DNA of 32,000 nucleotides, taken from the NCBI GenBank assembly GCA_030167145.1, contig CP126532.1, forward strand, positions 1,170,001 through 1,202,000, read 5' to 3'. Below the pieces are notes generated by a model. That model made no database searches. It was not told where the DNA came from and saw only the letters and a program-made list of their open reading frames with translations. This stretch comes from Ktedonobacterales bacterium (GTDB taxonomy: Bacteria > Chloroflexota > Ktedonobacteria > Ktedonobacterales > JADMIN01). The stretch's first letter is position 1. Every line of letters starts with the position of its first letter. Shown here in pieces: positions 25,513 to 32,000 of this stretch. A program made the translations under genes and the position numbers.

Positions 25513-27840
25513 ATGTTTTACCGGCTCGGCGTGGCGATGGTGCGTCTGCGCTACTGGATTGTCGGCTTCTGGCTGGTTATCGTGCTGGCTGGTCTGCCCT
25601 TCGCGCCGCGTGTCGCCGAGGCACTCGCCCCTGGCGGCTTCTCCAGTGACAGCATGCAATCGCAGCAAGCGGTGGAGGCGCTGCAAGCAGGCCTGCATAC
25701 GTCTTTTACCAATGTGCTCGTCTTCTTCACCAGCCCCACGCTGACCGCCGATGACCCACGCTTCGCGGCGCAAGCGGATGCGGCGCTGGCGAAACTGAAA
25801 AGCTGGCCGGAGGTTTCGGGCATCGTACCCTTCACCGTCAATCCCGCGCAGATCTCGCGCGACCGGCATGCCGCGTATACCGTCGTGCTGCTCAAAGCCG
25901 ATCCCGACACCGCACCCAAAGTGCTGCCGCAACTCGACGCGAAACTGAGCCAGCCCGCCGATCTGCGGATGACGGTAGGTGGTGGTCCGGTCTTCTATGC
26001 CGACATCCAGAGCGTGAGCGAGGCGGATCTGCGGCGCGCGGAGTTGCTGGCATTTCCCTTCGCGCTGATCGCGCTGCTGCTGGTCTTCCGTTCGGTGATC
26101 GCGGCGGCGCTGCCCGCAGCGGTTGGCGGATGCAGCGTGATCGTCTCGCTGGCGATGCTCTACGGGCTGGCCAACGCCACGCAGGTCTCGGTCTTCGCGC
26201 TGAACGTGACCACGCTGCTCGGACTGGGCCTGGGTGTAGACTACTCACTCTTCATGGTCAGCCGCTTCCGCGAAGAGCTGGCGCACGGCAGAAGTGTCCC
26301 CGATGCGGTGGGCGCGACGATGGCCACCGCCGGGCGCGCGGTGTTCTTCTCTGGTCTGGCGGTCTCCATCGGCCTGCTAGGGCTGATTCTCTTCCCGCTT
26401 AACATGCTGCGCTCGGTGGGTATCGGCGGCATGCTTACCGTTGGCCTGTGCATCCTGGCAGCGGTGACGCTGCTTCCCGCGCTGCTCGGCTTCCTGGGCG
26501 CACAGGTGAATGCGCTGCCGGTGCGGCTGCCTCGGCTGCGCCCAGCCCGCGCCAGCACCCCTGTCGCGCAGAGCGAAGAGAGTGGCTTCTGGCACCGGTT
26601 GGCGATGGGCGTCATGCGCCATCCCATCGCGACGCTCGTGCCAGTGCTGACCATCTTGCTGCTGCTGGGGCTGCCCTTCCTGAGTGTGCGGCTCGCCGCG
26701 CCCGACGCCTCGATCCTGCCCACCTACGTGAAGTCACGCGCGGCCTACGATATTCAGGTCAAGCAATTCGACGAGAACGCGCTCGCGCCGATCATCCTAG
26801 CGGTGAAGACTCAGGGCAGCCCGCTCGAAAAACAAAATCTCGTCGCGCTGGATACACTGGTGCGCCGGTTGCAGGCTGACCCGCGTGTCGCGAACGTCAC
26901 CAGCATCGTTTCGCTCGATCCGCGCCTGACACTGGACCACTACGAACTGCTCTATAGTCATCCTGATCTCATCGCTGACCCGTTCATTTCCACCTCGCTC
27001 CAGGCATATGCGGGCACGAACATCAGCATGGTGCAAGTAACGAGCAAGTATGGCCTGCTGGACCCGCGCTCCGAGGCGCTGGTACAGGCGATTCGCGGGA
27101 CGGCCCCACCCGCTGGACTGACAGTGTTGGTAGATGGCGCGACGGCGGGCGTGATTGATTACGTGAATACGCTCTACGGCGCCTTCCCTATCGCGCTGCT
27201 GGTCGTCGCGATCATCACCTATATCGTGCTTATGCTGCTCTTCCGCTCGCTCGTATTGCCGCTGAAGGCCATCGCGATGAATGTACTCTCGATTCTGGCC
27301 AGCTACGGCGCACTGGTGTTTCTCTTCCAGCAGGGACACTTCAGCGGCCTACTGCACTTCACGCCGTTGGGGTATGTGGAGGCGTCCGGCCCAATTCTGA
27401 TGTTCTGCGCGCTGTTCGGTCTCTCGATGGACTACGAAGTCTTCCTGCTCTCGCGGATTCGCGAATCCTATGAGCAGACCGGCGACAATACCCGCGCGGT
27501 GGCGGCTGGCCTGGAGCGGAGTGGGCGTATCATCACCAGCGCGGCAGCCATCGTCATCGTGGTGAGCATGGCTTTCGCGACGGCGGATATGGTCATCGTC
27601 AAGGCGTTGGGCGTGGGTATGGCGCTGGCGGTGCTTCTCGACGCCACTCTGGTACGTGGCCTGCTAGTGCCCGCGACGATGCGCCTGCTCGGCGACCTCA
27701 ACTGGCTCTGGCCCGCACCATTCAATAAGCTGCTGCCTGGCGTGGTATTCCATGACGCGCATGGCATCCCGTCAGGTGTGAGCACAAGCTCAGCCACGGA
27801 AACTCCACGCGATGAGGCGCTGCCGGTGGGAGGCAACTGA
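25513..27840 (+). CDS. MMPL-family (RND superfamily) membrane transporter
   Basis: 775 aa. Two repeated 6-TM halves with LGLGVDYSLFMVSRFREEL and FGLSMDYEVFLLSRIRE motifs typical of MMPL proteins. Confidence 0.9.
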   Translation: MFYRLGVAMVRLRYWIVGFWLVIVLAGLPFAPRVAEALAPGGFSSDSMQSQQAVEALQAGLHTSFTNVLVFFTSPTLTADDPRFAAQADAALAKLKSWPEVSGIVPFTVNPAQISRDRHAAYTVVLLKADPDTAPKVLPQLDAKLSQPADLRMTVGGGPVFYADIQSVSEADLRRAELLAFPFALIALLLVFRSVIAAALPAAVGGCSVIVSLAMLYGLANATQVSVFALNVTTLLGLGLGVDYSLFMVSRFREELAHGRSVPDAVGATMATAGRAVFFSGLAVSIGLLGLILFPLNMLRSVGIGGMLTVGLCILAAVTLLPALLGFLGAQVNALPVRLPRLRPARASTPVAQSEESGFWHRLAMGVMRHPIATLVPVLTILLLLGLPFLSVRLAAPDASILPTYVKSRAAYDIQVKQFDENALAPIILAVKTQGSPLEKQNLVALDTLVRRLQADPRVANVTSIVSLDPRLTLDHYELLYSHPDLIADPFISTSLQAYAGTNISMVQVTSKYGLLDPRSEALVQAIRGTAPPAGLTVLVDGATAGVIDYVNTLYGAFPIALLVVAIITYIVLMLLFRSLVLPLKAIAMNVLSILASYGALVFLFQQGHFSGLLHFTPLGYVEASGPILMFCALFGLSMDYEVFLLSRIRESYEQTGDNTRAVAAGLERSGRIITSAAAIVIVVSMAFATADMVIVKALGVGMALAVLLDATLVRGLLVPATMRLLGDLNWLWPAPFNKLLPGVVFHDAHGIPSGVSTSSATETPRDEALPVGGN

Positions 27841-28979
27841 TGCGCACACGATCCGCTTTGTCGCTTTCCTTGGTCGCCCTGCTCACGGGGCTGAGTCTGC
27901 TGCTTGTGGGCTGTGGCATGCCAGGCACCGTGCCCTCGGGGGGCAGTCTGCCGCACGTCGCCGCCGCACCCAGCCCTACGCCGCTGCCACCGATCCAGTT
28001 TCCGCAGGACGAAGCGCCACACCACAACCTCACCGAATGGTGGTATTACACCGGCCATCTGCACGGCACAGATGTCAGCGGCGCGCAGCACATGTATGGC
28101 TTCGAGTTGACGTTCTTTCAGACGCTACGCGGCCAGTTCTCGCCGTACTACGCCGCACATTTCGCCATCAGCGACATTACCCGCCAGCAATTCCATTACG
28201 ACCAGCGCGCAGGCTTCGCGCCGCTCTCGGTCATTCCGCCTCCCGGCTCGACCGGAGGATTCAACGTCTCTTTGGATGGCTGGAGCGCGCAAGGGTTGAA
28301 CGGCCACGACACCCTGAAAGCGGCGATGGATGGCTATAGCATCACGCTGCAACTCAGCAGCGACAAACCGGCGGCGCTGCACGGCGGCAACGGGTTGATT
28401 ACTTACGGCTCCGGCGGTTTCTCGTACTATTATTCGCGGCCATTGATGCATGTGAGCGGCACAGTACAAGACGCAGGCGTGCAAGTAGCGGTGACGGGTC
28501 AGGCGTGGATGGATCACCAGTGGGGCAACTTCGTCTCGCTGGCTGGCGCGGGCTGGGATTGGTTCAGTATTCAGCTAGCCAATGATACGCAGTATATGTT
28601 CTATATCATCCGCGACGCCGACAAGCGCCCACTCTCGGTCGTCGGCACCGCCATTGGCGCCGATGGCTCTGCCAGCGAGATCCCTGCGACGGAGATCACC
28701 ATCACTGCGCTCGGCTCCTGGACTAGTCCGCATACTGGCGGCGTCTATCCTTCCGGCTGGCGTGTCGTCGTGCCATCGCACCAACTCACGCTCACACTCA
28801 CACCGCTACTGCTTGACCAGGAACTCATCACCACGCAGTCCACAGGTGTGGCATACTGGGAGGGCGCGGTCGGCATCATCGGAACCGCTCAGGAGAAGGC
28901 AATCTCTGGCGAGGGCTACGTCGAGTTGACTGGCTATGCTGCGCTGCCTTCTGGATCGGCCAGCGCAGCGGTCCCCTGA
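27840..28979 (+). CDS. Lipoprotein with AttH/CrtC-like (lipocalin-like hydratase fold) domain
   Basis: 379 aa. Signal peptide with lipobox LLLVGC. FPQDEAPHHNLTEWWYYTGHL...FELTFFQ and MDHQWGNF motifs as in AttH/hydroxyneurosporene-synthase-like proteins. Its start overlaps the MMPL stop (TGATG). Confidence 0.75.
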   Translation: MRTRSALSLSLVALLTGLSLLLVGCGMPGTVPSGGSLPHVAAAPSPTPLPPIQFPQDEAPHHNLTEWWYYTGHLHGTDVSGAQHMYGFELTFFQTLRGQFSPYYAAHFAISDITRQQFHYDQRAGFAPLSVIPPPGSTGGFNVSLDGWSAQGLNGHDTLKAAMDGYSITLQLSSDKPAALHGGNGLITYGSGGFSYYYSRPLMHVSGTVQDAGVQVAVTGQAWMDHQWGNFVSLAGAGWDWFSIQLANDTQYMFYIIRDADKRPLSVVGTAIGADGSASEIPATEITITALGSWTSPHTGGVYPSGWRVVVPSHQLTLTLTPLLLDQELITTQSTGVAYWEGAVGIIGTAQEKAISGEGYVELTGYAALPSGSASAAVP

Positions 28980-29056
28980 GCGCAACAGTTCATGCATGGT
29001 ATGGCCGAAACTTGGTGGCCCAAACGTGCAAAACGGCGAATACACATAACACGTCC

Positions 29057-29084
29057 CTTGAATACCTGGTCAGTTGTGATACAA
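29057..29084 (+). promoter_or_regulatory. Candidate sigma70 promoter with extended -10 for the chemosensory cluster
   Basis: TTGAAT (29057-29062), a 16-nt spacer ending in TGa, then TACAAT (29079-29084). Confidence 0.4.
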
Positions 29085-29176
29085 TGGTCCGGGTCAGTGG
29101 AAGGACCGTTGACTTTGGTCCATAGTGGCCAACAATCGGTGAAGGGCTGGCGGGCGGCGTATCATACGCGCCCATA

Positions 29177-30598
29177 ATGCTCATGTGTTGCAGTCCAAAA
29201 AGCCTGGGGGGGAAGATGGAGCCACAGGGGCGGATACTCGATGGTAATCTGGAAACCCTAGGATTGCAGGCTACATTAAAGATGCTGGCGCTCGGCGGCA
29301 AAACGGGAGTATTGAGTGTACATTCTGGTCCGGAGCGCCTGACGGTTTTTCTAGAGAGCGGCAAGATTGTTGACTTAGATGAACCTGGCGCTGCCCTACC
29401 AGATTTGGTGGACATGTTCCGCCTGTTGGGAAGGATTCCTCGCCCCCAAGCCGCCGAGCTTCGCCGTCTTCCCAACGCTACCCCCGCCCACACCCTCACC
29501 TTGCTCCAACAAATGGGCATCATCGCGCCGATGGAGGCGCAGCAACGCGCGGAGTTTCGCATCATTCAGGCGATCAGCCGCGCGGTGCGCTGGGAGCGCG
29601 GACGCTTCGAGTTTCACCGCGACATCTCAACCATTCAGTCGCGTGTCAGCAGTCAGCGTTCGTTCGATGTAGATCATGTGCTGCTCGAAGCGTTGCGTCT
29701 GGCCGATGAATGGGGCCGTGACGGCGGCCCTGCTATCTCGCGCAACACTGTCGCGCGTTGGGTGCCCGAATTCAATGGCGACGTAGCGCAACTCAACCTC
29801 GGTCGCGATGATATTGGTGTACTCTGCCTCTCCAACGGACACTTTCCCCTCTACGCCGTTGCCTTCGCCCTCTTGATCCCCGAACCCTCCGTGGCCATGG
29901 TTATGCGGAAGCTGCTGGAGCTTGGCCTGATTGAGGTTGTGGACGCCCATCTCGAAATCGAGATGGAAAGCCATCTCGCGGAGGTCGTGCTGCGGAGCCA
30001 GGAGCAATTCTCGCAACGCGAAACCCGTCCATCGCCAGAGAAGCGTATGCTCGCATTAGTGCGCGCCATGGGTATCTGCGTCAACGGCTTGCTCGAACAC
30101 CATGGCATTTATGCGCGCCCCTTGCGTGGCCGGGGCGAAATCTCGCGCGAGGACGCCGCACGCTATCTGACGACCACTTGTGCGCCCTTGCTTACACGCT
30201 TGCAGATTGACTTCCCACGCATGGACGAGGTGGTGCGCTTTATAGATGGGCGGCTCAACTATCAGGACGTAGAAAGCCTGCATCAGGTGGTGCGAGGACA
30301 AGAATTGACGGAATGTTACTGGGACGCCGTGGGCCTCCTCTCCCAAATGCAACGCCTGCTCTTCGACCGCATTGTCGGTGACGAAGTAGGACGATCTCGC
30401 GGCGGCAAGCCCTATGAAGAGGCTTGGAACGCTTATTTGCGCGATATTGATGAGGAGATCACGCGCCTGACCCACCAACGCGCAGCGGCGGCTGTGCAGG
30501 CGGAACGCGCGGGCCAGCTACGGCCAGCGATGAGCGGACGAGATGGCCAGCCCTATACCTATGGAGTGGCTCAAGATGCGCAAAGGAGGTTTAGTTAG
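29177..30598 (+). CDS. PATAN/DUF4388 domain protein
   Basis: 473 aa. The N-terminal GNLETLGLQATLKMLALGGKTGVLSV matches the DUF4388 signature. The likely true start is the ATG at 29216, preceded by GGGGGGGAAG. Immediately followed by a PatA/PilG-type receiver gene. Confidence 0.65.
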   Translation: MLMCCSPKSLGGKMEPQGRILDGNLETLGLQATLKMLALGGKTGVLSVHSGPERLTVFLESGKIVDLDEPGAALPDLVDMFRLLGRIPRPQAAELRRLPNATPAHTLTLLQQMGIIAPMEAQQRAEFRIIQAISRAVRWERGRFEFHRDISTIQSRVSSQRSFDVDHVLLEALRLADEWGRDGGPAISRNTVARWVPEFNGDVAQLNLGRDDIGVLCLSNGHFPLYAVAFALLIPEPSVAMVMRKLLELGLIEVVDAHLEIEMESHLAEVVLRSQEQFSQRETRPSPEKRMLALVRAMGICVNGLLEHHGIYARPLRGRGEISREDAARYLTTTCAPLLTRLQIDFPRMDEVVRFIDGRLNYQDVESLHQVVRGQELTECYWDAVGLLSQMQRLLFDRIVGDEVGRSRGGKPYEEAWNAYLRDIDEEITRLTHQRAAAAVQAERAGQLRPAMSGRDGQPYTYGVAQDAQRRFS

Positions 30599-31042
30599 GT
30601 GGAAGAGCCAGTTGTTTTGGTCGTGGACGATAGCCCAACCGTCCGAAAGATTGTCCAGCTTACGCTTCAGCGCGAGCGTATACGAGTTGTGACCGCCGGA
30701 GATGGCCTCAGCGCATTGGCTACGGTGGCCGACGAACAACCTGATTTGATTCTGCTCGATATTATGCTGCCAAAGATGGATGGCTACAATATTTGCCAGG
30801 TCGTGCGGAAGAATATGGCCTATCGTGATCTGCCGATCATCATGCTCAGCGGCAAAGATGGGCTTTTTGACAAGATGCGCGGCAAGCTTGCCGGATCAAC
30901 CGAGTACATGACTAAACCGTTCGATTCAGCCGAGTTGGTGCAAACCGTCAAGCGACACCTTGATATGACCCTGGTGCGCGAACGCGCGGCGCAACGTGCG
31001 GCGCAATATCAGCGGAAGATGCAGCGCCGTTTAGCCTATTAG
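30599..31042 (+). CDS. Response regulator receiver protein (PilG/PatA-like CheY domain)
   Basis: 147 aa. VLVVDDSPTVRK...DLILLDIMLPKMDGY...MLSGKDG...YMTKPF carries the phospho-acceptor Asp, Thr/Ser and Lys signature. GTG start directly after the upstream stop. Confidence 0.9.
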   Translation: MEEPVVLVVDDSPTVRKIVQLTLQRERIRVVTAGDGLSALATVADEQPDLILLDIMLPKMDGYNICQVVRKNMAYRDLPIIMLSGKDGLFDKMRGKLAGSTEYMTKPFDSAELVQTVKRHLDMTLVRERAAQRAAQYQRKMQRRLAY

Positions 31043-31237
31043 GATAGAGTGGATAGCATATTGGCCTATGATAGTTGTATGAACTCACTCGCCTGCGTCT
31101 TATTGTTAGAGCGTGTTTTTGCGGCGTTTCACGGCATGGTGGACGCCGGTCTAGTCTAGTTCCACGGTAGCCGGTTTGGTGGGCGCACGGTTGGCAATGG
31201 CGCCAGTGGCCACTGTCGGCACAGGAGAGTTAAGAGG

Positions 31238-31603
31238 ATGCCCGCACCGAAAGTCCTGGTAGTTGATGATAGCTGGACCGATCTTACCTTGATCGCCACA
31301 CCGCTACGTGAAAGCGGCTACGACGTAATCACCGCAGTGGACGGCGATGAGGCGCTGGAGAAGGTGCAGCGTGAGCATCCCCAATGCGTATTACTCGATG
31401 TGATTCTGCCCCGCCAAAACGGATTTCAGCTCTGCCGACGCTTGAAGCAGATGGAACAGAGCCGCGATATTCCGATCATTTTGGTCAGCGCCAAGAATAC
31501 TGACCTCGACAAGCGCTGGGGATTGCAACAGGGCGCGGACATGTACATCACCAAGCCCTTCAGTCGCGAGGAATTGCTCGCCAGCGTCCGCAGCTTGATC
31601 TGA
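31238..31603 (+). CDS. Single-domain response regulator (CheY/PilH-like)
   Basis: 121 aa. VLVVDDSWTD...VLLDVILPRQNGF...LVSAKN...YITKPF. Confidence 0.9.
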   Translation: MPAPKVLVVDDSWTDLTLIATPLRESGYDVITAVDGDEALEKVQREHPQCVLLDVILPRQNGFQLCRRLKQMEQSRDIPIILVSAKNTDLDKRWGLQQGADMYITKPFSREELLASVRSLI

Positions 31604-31657
31604 TCGCCCGCGTAGGAATCACCATGAGGCTGATTCTTATTCGATCATGGAGGCCGC

Positions 31658-32000
31658 ATGAGTGATTTCCCATCCCCCTACTCACCGCTGGATTCGTCGA
31701 ATGACGAACGGAACCAGCGGCGTTCGGCTATGGCCGAAACGCTCCAGCAGGCGTTACGCAGCTTGCAGTCTGGCCAGCAGAGCGCGGGTGGAGCAGGTGG
31801 CGCGCCGCTCACCCCCGAGCAGCTCACCTTGCTTGCACAACGTGCCGGACTCTCAGTGGGCGCACCCGGAGACTCCACTCGCGGCATAGACCCCGGCCTC
31901 ATCATCCCCAGTATGAATCTCACTGGCGAGCCGCAGTACATCGTCTTCGCACTCTATAGCGTGGAGTGCGCCTTGCCAGGCAACTCGGTACAGGGCGTGG
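31658..32000 (+). CDS. Partial CheW-like coupling protein; C-terminus lies beyond the right window edge
   Basis: Not in the ORF track because it is open at the edge. My translation from ATG 31658 (GGAGG 5 nt upstream) reads MSDFPSPYSPLDSS...GEPQYIVFALYSVECALPGNSVQGV. The last segment resembles the start of a CheW domain (QYLVFxLxxxxYAxxxxxVxEI). The position after two CheY genes fits. Confidence 0.5.
   Translation, partial: MSDFPSPYSPLDSSNDERNQRRSAMAETLQQALRSLQSGQQSAGGAGGAPLTPEQLTLLAQRAGLSVGAPGDSTRGIDPGLIIPSMNLTGEPQYIVFALYSVECALPGNSVQGV

Noticed and set aside
25398-27339. Multiple antisense and off-frame ORFs inside the MMPL gene (for example 25450-25932 minus, 26241-26723 minus, 26797-27339 minus, 26448-26879 plus)
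   Set aside because: These are shadow ORFs of a clearly coding 775-aa MMPL frame. They are Arg/His-rich with no motifs.
28990-29565. 191-aa minus-strand ORF overlapping the start of the PATAN gene
   Set aside because: It is antisense to a well-supported DUF4388 frame and its promoter region, and its composition is Arg/Ser-rich.
1-32000. CRISPR arrays, tRNA or rRNA genes, and long tandem repeats
   Set aside because: Scanning by eye found no regularly spaced direct repeats, no tRNA T-arm/acceptor signatures other than the tmRNA 3' domain, and no rRNA-like segments. A computational scan (minced, tRNAscan-SE, barrnap) would be needed to be definitive.

Overview
GC-rich bacterial chromosomal window; the taxon cannot be determined from sequence alone. 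It has two parts.

(A) About 24.3-32 kb looks like core genome. It holds tmRNA (ssrA, minus strand, 24340-24706) directly downstream of smpB, an MMPL transporter translationally coupled to an AttH/CrtC-like lipoprotein, and a chemosensory cluster (PATAN/DUF4388 protein, two CheY-like receivers, and a CheW-like gene running off the right edge).

(B) About 1-24.3 kb is an accessory, defence-island-like region abutting the 3' side of ssrA. Reading leftward from ssrA:
- An XRE repressor / ImmA-IrrE protease / large serine recombinase module.
- A tightly packed + strand operon of TIR-TPR, NUDIX, PfkB kinase and radical SAM, followed by a second NUDIX. This is my top candidate for an undescribed nucleotide-based immune system.
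- A divergent TIR-HEAT gene, a small coiled-coil ORF, a frameshifted diaminopropionate ammonia-lyase and a SIR2-like gene.
- A C-terminal relic of a second serine recombinase, an LD-carboxypeptidase, an IS5-type transposase relic and a VOC protein.
- About 0.8 kb of unexplained non-coding DNA.
- A tightly coupled five-gene minus-strand operon: Ldh2-like, small membrane protein, P-loop NTPase fused to an FGE-sulfatase-like domain, aminotransferase-like, FMN alpha-hydroxyacid oxidase.
- An HsdR relic.
- At the left edge, a CD-NTase/SMODS-like nucleotidyltransferase that is absent from the ORF track because it runs off the window.

No CRISPR array, rRNA or tRNA was seen. All functional calls come from motif recognition by eye in the translations; no database search was possible.
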